Positions 39,701-55,815 are shown, counted from the first letter of the stretch. The stretch is 64,000 bases of DNA from Eledone cirrhosa (GCA_964016885.1 OZ024747.1:74214001-74278000); one strand, 5' to 3'. Translations and numbers: made by a program. The notes: generated by a model not told the origin, from the sequence alone.

Positions 39701-42700
39701 GTAACCACTAATACAACAGGCCACAACAGGACAGCCAGTAACCAGCAATACAACAGGCCACAACAGGACAGCCAGTAACCAGCAATACAACAGGCCACAA
39801 CAGGACAGCCAGTAACCAGCAATACAACAGGCCACAACAGGACAGCCAGTAACCAGCAATACAACAGGCCACAACAGGACAGCCAGTAACCAGCAATACA
39901 ACAGGCCACAACAGGACAGCCAGTAACCACTAATACAACAGGCCACAACAGGACAGCCAGTAACCAGCAATACAACAGGCCACAACAGGACAGCCAGTAA
40001 CCACTAATACAACAGGCCACAACAGGACAGCCAGTAACCAGCAATACAACAGGCCACAACAGGACAGCCAGTAACCAGCAATACAACAGGCCACAACAGG
40101 ACAGCCAGTAACCAGCAATACAACAGGCCACAACAGGACAGCCAGTAACCAGCAATACAACAGGCCACAACAGGACAGCCAGTAACCACTAATACAACAG
40201 GCCACAACAGGACAGCCAGTAACCAGCAATACAACAGGCCACAACAGGACAGCCAGTAACCACTAATACAACAGGCCACAACAGGACAGCCAGTAACCAG
40301 CAATACAACAGGCCACAACAGGACAGCCAGTAACCAGCAATACAACAGGCCACAACAGGACAGCCAGTAACCAGCAATACAACAGGCCACAACAGGACAG
40401 CCAGTAACCAGCAATACAACAGGCCACAACAGGACAGCCAGTAACTAGCAATACAACAGGCCACAACAGGACAGCCAGTAACCAGCAATACAACAGGCCA
40501 CAATAGGACAGCCAGTAAGCAGCAATACAACAGGCCACAACAGGACAGCCAGTAACCAGCAATACAACAGGCCACAACAGGACAGCCAGTAACCACTAAT
40601 ACAACAGGCCACAACAGGAGAGCCAGTAACCAGCAATACAACGGGCCACAACAGGACAGCCAGTAACCAGCAATACAACAGGCCACAACAGGACAGCCAG
40701 TAAGCACTAATACAACAGGCCACAACAGGACAGCCAGTAACCAGCAATACAACAGGCCACAACAGGACAGCCAGTAACCAGCAATACAACAGGCCACAAT
40801 AGGACAGCCAGTAACCAGCAATACAACAGGCCACAACAGGACAGCCAGTAACCAGCAATACAACAGGCCACAACAGGACAGCCAGTAACCAGCAATAAAA
40901 CAGGCCACAACAGGACAGCCAGTAACCACTAATACAACAGGCCACAACAGGACAGCCAGTAACCACTAATACAACAGGCCACAACAGGACAGCCAGTAAC
41001 CAGCAATACAACAGGCCACAACAGGACAGCCAGTAACCAGCAATACAACAGGCCACAACAGGACAGCCAGTAACCAGCAATACAACAGGCCACAATAGGA
41101 CAGCCAGTAAGCAGCAATACAACAGGCCACAACAGGACAGCCAGTAACCAGCAATACAACAGGCCACAACAGGACAGCCAGTAACCACTAATACAACAGG
41201 CCACAACAGGAGAGCCAGTAACCAGCAATACAACAGGCCACAACAGGACAGCCAGTAACCAGCAATACAACAGGCCACAACAGGACAGCCAGTAAGCACT
41301 AATACAACAGGCCACAACAGGACAGCCAGTAACCAGCAATACAACAGGCCACAACAGGACAGCCAGTAACCAGCAATACAACAGGCCACAATAGGACAGC
41401 CAGTAACCAGCAATACAACAGGCCACAACAGGACAGCCAGTAACCAGCAATACAACAGGCCACAACAGGACAGCCAGTAACCAGCAATAAAACAGGCCAC
41501 AACAGGACAGCCAGTAACCACTAATACAACAGGCCACAACAGGACAGCCAGTAACCACTAATACAACAGGCCACAACAGGACAGCCAGTAACCAGCAATA
41601 CAACAGGCCACAACAGGACAGCCAGTAACCAGCAATACAACAGGCCACAACAGGACAGCCAGTAACCAGCAATACAACAGGCCACAACAGGACAGCCAGT
41701 AACCAGCAATACAACAGGCCACAATAGGACAGCCAGTAAGCAGCAATACAACAGGCCACAACAGGACAGCCAGTAACCAGCAATAAAACAGGCCACAACA
41801 GGACAGCCAGTAACCACTAATACAACAGGCCACAACAGGACAGCCAGTAACCACTAATACAACAGGCCACAACAGGACAGCCAGTAACCAGCAATACAAC
41901 AGGCCACAACAGGACAGCCAGTAACCAGCAATACAACAGGCCACAACAGGACAGCCAGTAACCAGCAATACAACAGGCCACAACAGGACAGCCAGTAACC
42001 AGCAATACAACAGGTCACAACAGGACAGCCAGTAACCACTAATACAACAGGCCACAACAGGACAGCCAGTAACCAGCAATACAACAGGCCACAACAGGAC
42101 AGCCAGTAACCAGCAATACAACAGGCCACAACAGGACAGCCAGTAACCAGCAATACAACAGGCCACAACAGGACAGCCAGTAACCAGCAATACAACAGGC
42201 CACAACAGGACAGCCAGTAACCAGCAATACAACAGGCCACAACGGGACAGCCAGTAACCAGCAATACAACAGGCCACAACAGGACAGCCAGTAACCACTA
42301 ATACAACAGGCCACAACGGGACAGCCAGTAACCAGCAATACAACAGGCCACAATAGGACAGCCAGTAACCAGCAATACAACAGGCCACAACAGGACAGCC
42401 AGTAACCACTAATACAACAGGCCACAATAGGACAGCCAGTAACCAGCAATACAACAGGCCACAACAGGACAGCCAGTAACCAGCAATACAACAGGCCACA
42501 ACAGGACAGCCAGTAACCACTAATACAACAGGCCACAATAGGACAGCCAGTAACCAGCAATACAACAGGCCACAACAGGACAGCCAGTAACCACTAATAC
42601 AACAGGCCACAATAGGACAGCCAGTAACCAGCAATACAACAGGCCACAACAGGACAGCCAGTAACCACTAATACAACAGGCCACAATAGGACAGCCAGTA

Positions 42701-45700
42701 ACCAGCAATACAACAGGCCACAACAGGACAGCCAGTAACCACTAATACAACAGGCCACAATAGGACAGCCAGTAACCAGCAATACAACAGGCCACAACAG
42801 GACAGCCAGTAACCACTAATACAACAGGCCACAATAGGACAGCCAGTAACCAGCAATACAACAGGCCACAACAGGACAGCCAGTAACCACTAATACAACA
42901 GGCCACAACAGGACAGCCAGTAACCAGCAATACAACAGGTCACAACAGGACAGCCAGTAACCACTAATACAACAGGCCACAATAGGACAGCCAGTAACCA
43001 GCAATACAACAGGCCACAACAGGACAGCCAGTAACCAGCAATACAACAGGCCACAACAGGACAGCCAGTAACCAGCAATACAACAGGTCACAACAGGACA
43101 GCCAGTAACCACTAATACAACAGGCCACAATAGGACAGCCAGTAACCAGCAATACAACAGGCCACAATAGGACAGCCAGTAACCAGCAATACAACAGGCC
43201 ACAACAGGACAGCCAGTAACCACTAATACAACAGGCCACAACAGGAGAGCCAGTAACCACTAATACAACAGGCCACAACAGGACAGCCAGTAACCACTAA
43301 TACAACAGGCCACAACAGGACAGCCAGTAACCACTAATACAACAGGCCACAACAGGAGAGCCAGTAACCAGCAATACAACAGGCCACAACAGGACAGCCA
43401 GTAACCAGCAATACAACAGGCCACAATAGGACAGCCAGTAAGCAGCAATACAACAGGCCACAACAGGACAGCCAGTAACCAGCAATACAACAGGTCACAA
43501 CAGGACAGCCAGTAACCACTAATACAACAGGCCACAACGGGAGAGCCAGTAACCAGCAATACAACAGGCCACAACAGGACAGCCAGTAACCAGCAATACA
43601 ACAGGCCACAACAGGACAGCCAGTAACCAGCAATACAACAGGCCACAACAGGACAGCCAGTAACCAGCAATACAACAGGCCACAACAGGACAGCCAGTAA
43701 CCAGCAATACAACAGGCCACAACAGGACAGCCAGTAACCAGCAATACAACAGGCCACAATAGGACAGCCAGTAACCAGCAATACAACAGGCCACAACAGG
43801 ACAGCCAGTAACCAGCAATACAACAGGCCACAATAGGACAGCCAGTAACCAGCAATACAACAGGCCACAACAGGACAGCCAGTAACCAGCAATACAACAG
43901 GCCACAATAGGACAGCCAGTAACCAGCAATACAACAGGCCACAACAGGACAGCCAGTAACCAGCAATACAACAGGCCACAACAGGACAGCCAGTAACCAG
44001 CAATACAACAGGCCACAACAGGACAGCCAGTAACCAGCAATACAACAGGCCACAACAGGACAGCCAGTAACCAGCAATACAACAGGCCACAACAGGACAG
44101 CCAGTAACCAGCAATACAACAGGCCACAACAGGACAGCCAGTAACCAGCAATACAACAGGCCACAACAGGACAGCCAGTAACCAGCAATACAACAGGCCA
44201 CAACAGGACAGCCAGTAACCAGCAATACAACAGGCCACAACAGGACAGCCAGTAACCAGCAATACAACAGGCCACAACAGGACAGCCAGTAACCAGCAAT
44301 ACAACAGGCCACAACAGGACAGCCAGTAACCAGCAATACAACAGGCCACAACAGGACAGCCAGTAACCAGCAATACAACAGGCCACAATAGGACAGCCAG
44401 TAACCAGCAATACAACAGGCCACAACAGGACAGCCAGTAACCAGCAATACAACAGGCCACAACAGGACAGCCAGTAACCAGCAATACAACAGGCCACAAC
44501 AGGACAGCCAGTAACCAGCAATACAACAGGCCACAACAGGACAGCCAGTAACCAGCAATACAACAGGCCACAACAGGACAGCCAGTAACCAGCAATACAA
44601 CAGGCCACAACAGGACAGCCAGTAACCAGCAATACAACAGGCCACAAGAGGACAGCCAGTAACCAGCAATACAACAGGCCACAACAGGACAGCCAGTAAC
44701 CAGCAATACAACAGGCCACAACAGGACAGCCAGTAACCACTAATACAACAGGCCACAATAGGACAGCCAGTAACCAGCAATACAACAGGCCACAACAGGA
44801 CAGCCAGTAACCAGCAATACAACAGGCCACAACAGGACAGCCAGTAACCAGCAATACAACAGGCCACAACAGGACAGCCAATAACCAGCATTACAACAGG
44901 CCACAACAGGACAGCCAGTAACCAGCAATACAACAGGCCACAACAGGACAGCCAGTAACCAGCAATACAACAGGCCACAACAGGACAGCCAATAACCAGC
45001 ATTACAACAGGCCACAACAGGACAGCCAGTAACCACTAATACAACAGGCCACAACAGGACAGCCAGTAACCAGCAATACAACAGGCCACAACAGGACAGC
45101 CAGTAACCAGCAATACAACAGGCCACAACAGGACAGCCAATAACCAGCATTACAACAGGCCACAACAGGACAGCCAGTAACCACTAATACAACAGGCCAC
45201 AACAGGACAGCCAGTAACCAGCAATACAACAGGCCACAACAGGACAGCCAGTAACCAGCAATACAACAGGCCACAACAGGACAGCCAGTAACCAGCAATA
45301 CAACAGGCCACAACAGGACAGCCAGTAACCACTAATACAACAGGCCACAACAGGAGAGCCAGTAACCACTAATACAACAGGCCACAACAGGACAGCCAAT
45401 AACCAGCATTACAACAGGCCACAACAGGACAGCCAGTAACCAGCAATACAACAGGCCACAACAGGACAGCCAGTAACCAGCAATACAACAGGCCACAACA
45501 GGACAGCCAATAACCAGCATTACAACAGGCCACAACAGGACAGCCAGTAACCACTAATACAACAGGCCACAACAGGACAGCCAGTAACCAGCAATACAAC
45601 AGGCCACAACAGGACAGCCAGTAACCAGCAATACAACAGGCCACAACAGGACAGCCAATAACCAGCATTACAACAGGCCACAACAGGACTGCCAGTAACC

Positions 45701-47180
45701 AGCAATACAACAGGTCACAACAGGACAGCCAGTAACCAGCAATACAACAGGCCACAACAGGACAGCCAGTAACCAGCAATACAACAGGCCACAACAGGAC
45801 AGCCAGTAACCAGCAATACAACAGGCCACAACAGGACAGCCAGTAACCAGCAATACAACAGGCCACAACAGGACAGCCAGTAACCAGCAATACAACAGGC
45901 CACAACAGGACAGCCAGTAACCACTAATACAACAGGCCACAACAGGAGAGCCAGTAACCACTAATACAACAGGCCACAACAGGACAGCCAATAACCAGCA
46001 TTACAACAGGCCACAACAGGACAGCCAGTAACCAGCAATACAACAGGCCACAACAGGACAGCCAGTAACCAGCAATACAACAGGCCACAACAGGACAGCC
46101 AATAACCAGCATTACAACAGGCCACAACAGGACAGCCAGTAACCACTAATACAACAGGCCACAACAGGACAGCCAGTAACCAGCAATACAACAGGTCACA
46201 ACAGGACAGCCAGTAACCAGCAATACAACAGGCCACAACAGGACAGCCAATAACCAGCAATACAACAGGCCACAACAGGACAGCCAGTAACCACTAATAC
46301 AACAGGCCACAACAGGACAGCCAATAACCAGCAATACAACAGGTCACAACAGGACAGCCAATAACCAGCAATACAACAGGCCACAACAGGACAGCCAATA
46401 ACCAGCAATACAACAGGCCACAACAGGACAGCCAGTAACCACTAATACAACAGGCCACAACAGGACAGCCAGTAACCAGCAATACAACAGGTCACAACAG
46501 GACAGCCAATAACCAGCAATACAACAGGCCACAACAGGACAGCCAATAACCAGCAATACAACAGGCCACAACAGGACAGCCAGTAACCACTAATACAACA
46601 GGCCACAACAGGACAGCCAATAACCAGCAATACAACAGGACAGCCAGTAACCACTAATACAACAGGCCACAACAGGACAGCCAATAACCAGCATTACAAC
46701 AGGCCACAACAGGACAGCCAGTAACCAGCAATACAACAGGCCACAACAGGACAGCCAGTAACCAGCAATACAACAGGCCACAACAGGACAGCCAATAACC
46801 AGCATTACAACAGGCCACAACAGGACAGCCAGTAACCACTAATACAACAGGCCACAACAGGACAGCCAGTAACCAGCAATACAACAGGTCACAACAGGAC
46901 AGCCAGTAACCAGCAATACAACAGGCCACAACAGGACAGCCAATAACCAGCAATACAACAGGCCACAACAGGACAGCCAGTAACGACTAATACAACAGGC
47001 CACAACAGGACAGCCAGTAACCACTAATACAACAGGCCACAACAGGACAGCCAATAACCAGCATTACAACAGGCCACAACAGGACTGCCAGTAACCAGCA
47101 ATACAACAGGCCACACAGGACAGCCAGTATCCACTAATACAACATGCCAACAATACAGGCAATACAGTAACCAGTAATAC
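21744..47180. repeat. 37-bp satellite CCAGCAATACAACAGGCCACAACAGGACAGCCAGTAA, about 680 assembled copies, interrupted by a gap
   Basis: Continuous head-to-tail units with few recurrent variants (CCACTAA, ACGGG, AATAGG, GGAGAG, CCAATAA...CATTA). Confidence 0.99.
30104..30303. other. Assembly gap (200 N)
   Basis: N run; indel-rich units immediately to its left. Confidence 0.99.
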
Positions 47181-47239
47181 GTGCCACAAGCAACTACTTA
47201 ATTTATTGTTAGTTATAAAGAAATAGAGTTAGCTACTCG

Positions 47240-49083
47240 CAGGTGTCAGCCTCTCCAACAGATGTGAGACTCTCCAACAGGTGTCAGCCTCTCCAACAGA
47301 TGTGAGACTCTCCAACAGGTGTGAGACCCTCCAACAGGTGTGAGACTCTCCAACAGATGTGAGACCCTCCAACAGGTGTGAGACTCTCCAACAGGTGTGA
47401 GACTCTCCAACAGGTGTGAGACCCTCCAACAGGTGTGAGACTCTCCAACAGGTGTGAGACCCTCCAACAGGTGTGACCTCTCCAACAGGTGTGTGACCCT
47501 CCAACAGGTGTGACCTCTCCAACAGGTGTGTGACCCACCAACAGGTGTGACCTCTCCAACAGGTGTGACCTCTCCAACAGGTGTGACCTCTCCAACAGGT
47601 GTGAGACCCTCCAACAGGTGTGAGACTCTCCAACAGGTGTGAGACGCTCCAACAGGTGTGAGACCCTCCAACAGGTGTGAGACGCTCCAACAGGTGTGAG
47701 ACCCTCCAACAGGTGTGAGACGCTCCAACAGGTGTGACCTCTCCAACAGGTGTGTGACCCTCCAACAGGTGTGAGACGCTCCAACAGGTGCGAGACGCTC
47801 CAACAGGTGTGACCTCTCCAACAGGTGTGAGACCCTCCAACAGGTGTGAGACTCTCCAACAGGTGTGAGACCCTCCAACAGGTGTGTGACCCTCCAACAG
47901 GTGTGAGACCCTCCAACAGGTGTGAGACGCTCCAACAGGTGTGACCTCTCCAACAGGTGTGAGACGCTCCAACAGGTGTGACCTCTCCAACAGGTGTGAG
48001 ACGCTCCAACAGGTGTGAGACCCTCCAACAGGTGTGAGACTCTCCAATAGGTGTGAGACTCTCCAATAGGTGTGAGACTCTCCAATAGGTGTGAGACCCT
48101 CCAACAGTTGTGAGACTCTCCAATAGGTGTGAGACTCTCCAACAGGTGTGATACTCTCCAATAGGTGTGAGACTCTCCAATAGGTGTGAGACTCTCCAAC
48201 AGGTGTGAGACTCTCCAACAGGTGTGAGACTCTCCAATAGGTGTGAGACTCTCCAACAGGTGTGAGACTCTCCAATAGGTGTGAGACTCTCCAACAGGTG
48301 TGAGACTCTCCAATAGGTGTGAGACTCTCCAACAGGTGTGAGACGCTCCAACAGGTGTGAGACCCTCCAACAGGTGTGAGACTCTCCAATAGGTGTGAGA
48401 CTCTCCAATAGGTGTGAGACTCTCCAATAGGTGTGAGACCCTCCAACAGTTGTGAGACTCTCCAATAGGTGTGAGACTCTCCAACAGGTGTGATACTCTC
48501 CAATAGGTGTGAGACTCTCCAATAGGTGTGAGACTCTCCAACAGGTGTGAGACTCTCCAACAGGTGTGAGACTCTCCAATAGGTGTGAGACTCTCCAACA
48601 GGTGTGAGACTCTCCAATAGGTGTGAGACTCTCCAACAGGTGTGAGACTCTCCAATAGGTGTGAGACTCTCCAACAGGTGTGAGACTCTCCAATAGGTGT
48701 GAGACGCTCCAACAGGTGTGAGACTCTCCAATAGGTGTGAGACTCTCCAACAGGTGTGAGACTCTCCAATAGGTGTGAGACTCTCCAACTGGTGTGAGAC
48801 TCTCCAACAGGTGTGAGACCCTCCAACAGGTGTGAGACTCTCCAATAGGTGTGAGACCCTCCAACAGGTGTGAGACTCTCCAATAGGTGTGAGACTCTCC
48901 AACAGGTGTGAGACTCTCCAATAGGTGTGAGACTCTCCAACAGGTGTGAGACTCTCCAATAGGTGTGAGACGCTCCAACAGGTGTGAGACTCTCCAATAG
49001 GTGTGAGACTCTCCAACAGGTGTGAGACTCTCCAATAGGTGTGAGACTCTCCAACTGGTGTGAGACTCTCCAACAGGTGTGAG
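47240..49083. repeat. 19-bp satellite CTCTCCAACAGGTGTGAGA (with 17-bp variants), about 97 copies
   Basis: Direct reading. Confidence 0.98.
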
Positions 49084-49274
49084 TTGGGGGGGGGAGGTAG
49101 TGTCTCTAGATGGGCATGTCCCTTATATTAGCCCAGTTCAATTAACTTTTAACCAATATAATTTCTTTGTTTGCAATCAATCATTTTCAGTTTCTAATTA
49201 ATTTTTTCTATTTTAATATTTTATTATTATTTTTTTTTTAAAATCATTATCAATAATCATTCACCGTATAGGGC

Positions 49275-52200
49275 CAACATAACAACAAAAACAACACCCT
49301 ACAGCACCTTAACAACCACAACACCCTACACCACCATAACAACCACAACACCCTACACCACCATAACAACAACAACACCCTACACCACCATAACAACAAC
49401 AACAACACGCTACACCACCATAACAACAACAACAACACCCTACACTACCATAACAACAACAACAACACCCTACACCAACATAACGACAACAACAACACCT
49501 TACACTACCATAACAACAAGAACAACACCCTACACCACCATAACAACAACAACAACACCCTACAGCACCATAACAACAACAACAACACCTTACACCACCA
49601 TAACAACAACAACACCCTACACCACCATAACAACAACAACAACACCCTACACCACCATAACAACAACAACACCCTACACCACCATAACAACAACAACACC
49701 CTACACCACCATAACAACAACAACAACATCTTACACTACCATAACAACAACATCAACACCCTACACCACCATAACAACAACAACACCCTACACCACCATA
49801 ACAACAACAACAACACCCTACACCACCATAACAACAACAACAACACCTTACACTACCATAACAACAACATCAACACCCTACACCACCATAACAACAACAA
49901 CAACAACACCCTATACCACCATAACAACAACAACAACACCCTACACCACCATAACAACAACGACAACACCCTACACCACCATAACAACAACAACAACACC
50001 CTACACCACCATAACAACAACAACAACACCCTACTCCACCATGACAACAACAACAACACCCTACATCACCATAACAACAACAACACCCTACACCACCATA
50101 ACAACAACAACAACACCCTACACCATCATAACAACAACAACACCCTACACCACCATAACAACAACAACAACACCCTACACCACCATAACAACAACAACAA
50201 CAGCCTACACCACCATAACAACAACAACAACAACACCCAACACCACCATAACAACAACAACAACACCTTACTCGACCATAACAACAACAACAACACCCTA
50301 CACCACCATAACAACAACAACAACACCCTACACCACCATAACAACAACAACAACACCTTACACGACCATAACAACAACAACAACACCCTACACCTCCATA
50401 ACAACAACAACAACACCCTACACCACCATAACAACAACAACATCACCTTACACGACCATAACAACAACAACAACACCCTACACCACCATAACAACAACAA
50501 CAACACCTTACACGACCATAACAACAACAACAACAGCCTACACCACCATAACAACAACAACACCCTACACCACCATAACAACAACAACAACACCCTACAC
50601 CACCATAACAACAACAACAACACCCTACACCACCATAACAACAACAACAACACCTTACACGACCATAACAACAACAACAACAGCCTACACCACCATAACA
50701 ACAACAACACCCTACACCACCATAACAACAACAACAACACCCTACACCACCATAACAACAACAACAACACCTTACACGACCATAACAACAACAACAACAC
50801 CCTACACCACCATAACAACAACAACAACACCCTACACCAGCATAACAACAACAACACCCTACACCACCATAACAACATCAACAACACCTTACACCACCAT
50901 AACAACAACAACAACACCCTACACCAGCATAACAACAACAACACCCTACACCACCATAACAACAACAACAACACCCTACACCACCATAACAACAACAACA
51001 ACACCCTACACCAGCATAAAAACAACAACACCCTACACCACCATAACAACATCAACAACACCCTACACCACCATAACAACAACAACAACACACTACACCA
51101 GCATAACAACAACAACACCCTACACCACCATAACAACAACAACAACACCCTACACCACCATAACAACAACAACAACACCTTACACGACCATAACAACAAC
51201 AACAACACCCTACACCACCATAACAACAACAACAACACCCTACACCAGCATAACAACAACAACACCCTACACCACCATAACAACATCAACAACACGCTAC
51301 ACCACCATAACAACAACGACAACACCTTACACCACCATAACAACAAGAACAACACCTTACACGACCATAACAACAACAACAACAACAACACCCTACACCA
51401 CCATAACAACAACAACAACACCTTACACCACCATAACAACAAGAACAACACCTTACACCACCATAACAACAACAACAACACCTTACACCACCGTAACAAC
51501 AACAACAACACCCTACACTACCATAACAACAGCAACAACACCCTACACCACCATAACAACAACAACACCCTACACCACCATAACAACAACAACAACACCT
51601 TACACCACGATAACAACAACAACAACACCCTACACCGCCATAACAACAACAACAACACCCTACACCACCATAACAACAACAACAACACCTTACACGACCA
51701 TAACAACAACGACAACACCTTACACAACCATAACAACAACGACAACACCCTACACCACAATAACAACAACAGCAACACCTTACACCACCATAACAACAAC
51801 AACAACACCCTACACTACCATAACAACAGCAACAACACCCTACACCACCATAACAACAACAACAACACCCTACACCACCATTACAACAACGACAACACCT
51901 TACACCACCATAACAACAACAACAACACCCTACACTACCATAACGACAGCAACAACACCTTACACAACCATAACAACAACAACAACACCCTACACCACCA
52001 TAGCAACAACAACAACACCCTACACCACCATAACAACAACGACAACACCTTACACAACCATAACAACAACAACAACACCCTACACTACGATAACAACAGC
52101 AACACCTTACACCACCATAACAACAACAACACCCTACACTACCATAACAACAGAAACAACACCCTACACCACCATAACAACAACAACAACACCTTACACG

Positions 52201-54570
52201 ACCATAACAACAACAACAACACCCTACACCACCATAACAACAACAACAACCCCTTACACCACCATAACAACAACAACAACACCCTACACCACCATAACAA
52301 CAACAACAACACCTTACACCACCATAACAACAACAACAACACCCTACACCACCATAACAACAACAACAACACCTTACACGAGCATAACAACAACAACAAC
52401 ACCCTACACCACCATAACAACAACGACAACACCTTACACCACCATAACAACAACAACAACACCCTACACCACCATAACAACAACAACAACACCCTACACT
52501 ACCATAACAACAACAGCAACACCTTACACCACCATAACAACAACAACAACACCCTACACCACCATAACAACAACAACAACACCCTACACTACCATAACAA
52601 CAACAGCAACACCTTACACCACGATAACAACAACAACACCCTACACCACCATAACAACAACAACAACACCCTACACCACCATAACAACAACGACAACACC
52701 TTACACCACCATAACAACAACAACAACACCCTACACCACCATAACAACAACAACAACACCCTACACTACCATAACAACAACAACAACACCCTACACCACC
52801 ATAACAACAACAACAACACCCTACACTACCATAACAACAACAGCAACACCTTACACCACGATAACAACAACAACAACACCCTACACCACCATAACAACAA
52901 CAACAACACCCTAAACCACCATAACAACAACAACAACACCCTACACCACCATAACAACAACGACAACACCTTACACAACCATAACAACAACAACAACACC
53001 CTACACCACCATAACAACAACAACAACACCTTACACCACCATAACAACAACAACAACACCTTACACCACCGTAACAACAACAACAACAACACCCTACACC
53101 ACCATAACAACAACAACAACACCTTACACCACCATAACAACAACAACAACACCTTACACCACCATAACAACAACAACAACACCTTACACCACCATAACAA
53201 CAACAACAACACCTTACACCACCATAACAACAACAACAACACCTTACACCACGATAACAACAACAACAACACCCTACACCACCATAACAACAACGACAAC
53301 ACCTTACACAACCATAACAACAACAACAACACCCTACACCACCATAACAACAACAACAACACCTTACACCACCATAACAACAACAACAACACCTTACACC
53401 ACCGTAACAACAACAACAACAACACCCTACACCACCATAACAACAACAACAACACCCTACACCACCATAACAACAACAACAACACCTTACACCACCATAA
53501 CAACAACAACAACACCTTACACCACCATAACAACAACAACACCCTACACCACCATAACAACAACAACAACACCTTACACCACCATAACAACAACAACAAC
53601 AACACCCTACACCACCATAACAACAACAACAACACCTTACACCACCATAACAACAACAACACCCTACACCACCATAACAACAACAACAACACCTTACACC
53701 ACCAGAACAACAACAACAACACCTTACACCACCATAACAACAACAACACCCTACACCACCATAACAACAACAACAACACCTTACACCACCATAACAACAA
53801 CAACACCCTACACTACCATAACAACAACAACAACACCTTACACCACCATAACAACAACAACAACAACACCCTACACCACCATAACAACAACAACAACACC
53901 TTACACCACCATAACAACAACAACACCCTACACTACCATAACAACAACAACAACACCTTACACCACCATAACAACAACAACACCTTACACGACCATAACA
54001 ACAACAACACCCTACACCACCATAACAACAACAACAACACCTTACACCACCAGAACAACAACAACAACACCTTACACCACCATAACAACAACAACACCCT
54101 ACACCACCATAACAACAACAACAACACCTTACACCACCATAACAACAACAACACCCTACACTACCATAACAACAACAACAACACCTTACACCACCATAAC
54201 AACAACAACACCTTACACGACCATAACAACAACAACACCCTACACCACCATAACAACAACAACAACACCCTACACCACCATAACAACAACAACAACACCT
54301 TACACCACCATAACAACAACAACACCCTACACCACCATAACAACAACAACAACACCTTACACCACCATAACAACAACAACACCCTACACCACCATAACAA
54401 CAACAACAACACCTTACACCACCATAACAACAACAACAACACCCTACACCACCATAACAACAACAACAACACCTTACACCACCATAACAACAACAACACC
54501 CTACACCACCATAACAACAACAACAACACCTTACACCACCATAATAACAACAAAAACCTACTCCACCACC
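49275..54570 (+). repeat. 27-36-bp tandem array (ACA)4-7 CCY TAC ACN ACC ATA; the plus frame encodes mucin-like (TTTTTPYTTI)n
   Basis: Direct reading; ORF 50041-52914; one TAC>TAA at 52912. Confidence 0.95.
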
Positions 54571-54579
54571 ATCTTCATA

Positions 54580-55815
54580 GTGAACATCATCATCACCATC
54601 ACCATAATCACCAGCATCGCCACCATTATCCTCATCATCGATCACACTCACCATCACCTCCATCATCAACATTGCCATCATCATCACCATCGTTATTATC
54701 TTCATTACCTCCATCACAATCATCATTAGCATCATCATAATCATCAACATCGCCACCTCCATCATCATCATCGACACCTCCATCATCATCATCACCACCT
54801 CCATCATCATCATCACCACCTCCATCATCATCATCGCCACCTCCATCATCATCATCGACACCTCCATCATCATCATCGACACCTCCATCATCATCATCAC
54901 CACCTCCATCATCATCATCGCCACCTCCATCATCATCATCGCCACCTCCATCATCATCATCACCACCTCCATCATCGTTATGATCATCACCATGATCATC
55001 AACATCGCCACCTCCATCATCATCATCGCCACCTCCATCATCATCATCACCACCTCCATCATCATCATCACCACCTCCATCATCATCGCCATCGCCATCA
55101 CCATCATCGCCACCTCCATCATCATCATCGCCACCTCCATCATCATCATCACCACCTCCATCATCATCGCCATCGCCATCACCATCATCACCACCTCCAT
55201 CATCATCATCGCCACCTCCATCATCATCATCGCCACCTCCATCATCATCATCACCACCTCCATCATCGTTATGATCATCACCATGATCATCATCATCGCC
55301 ACCTCCATCATCATCATCACCACCTCCATCATCATCATCACCACCTCCATCATCATCGCCATCGCCATCACCATCATCGCCACCTCCATCATCATCATCG
55401 CCACCTCCATCATCATCATCGCCACCTCCATCATCATCATCACCACCTCCATCATCATCATCACCACCTCCATCATCATCGCCATCGCCATCACCATCAT
55501 CGTTATCATCATCACCATGATCATCATCACCACCTCCATCTTCTTCATCGCCACCTCCATCATCAACATCGACACCTCCATCATCATCGCACCTCCATCA
55601 TCATCATCACCACCTCCATCATTATCATCGCCATCACCATCATCGTTATCATCATCACCATGATCATCATCACCACCTCCATCTTCATCATCGCCACCTC
55701 CATCATCATTATCACCACCTCCATCATTATCATCGCCATCACCATCATCGTTATCATCATCACCATGATCATCATCCCCACCCCCAGCCTCATCATCCTT
55801 ATCAACATTACTATC
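54580..55815. repeat. (ATC)n-based minisatellite (RCCACCTCCATCATCATCATC, ~21 bp)
   Basis: Direct reading. Confidence 0.93.

Noticed and set aside
21698-47054. Many long Cys/Leu/Val/Trp-rich minus-strand ORFs (up to 964 aa)
   Set aside because: The consensus 37-mer is A-poor on the minus strand and has no stop in any frame, so all three frames give the same cyclic peptide; this is a satellite artefact
21744-47180. CRISPR array (37-bp repeat length)
   Set aside because: Units are head-to-tail with no unique spacers and no cas genes, in a eukaryotic context; the same applies to 6248-6740
47229-49073. Three ~600-aa minus-strand ORFs
   Set aside because: Cyclic translation of the 19-bp repeat in all frames
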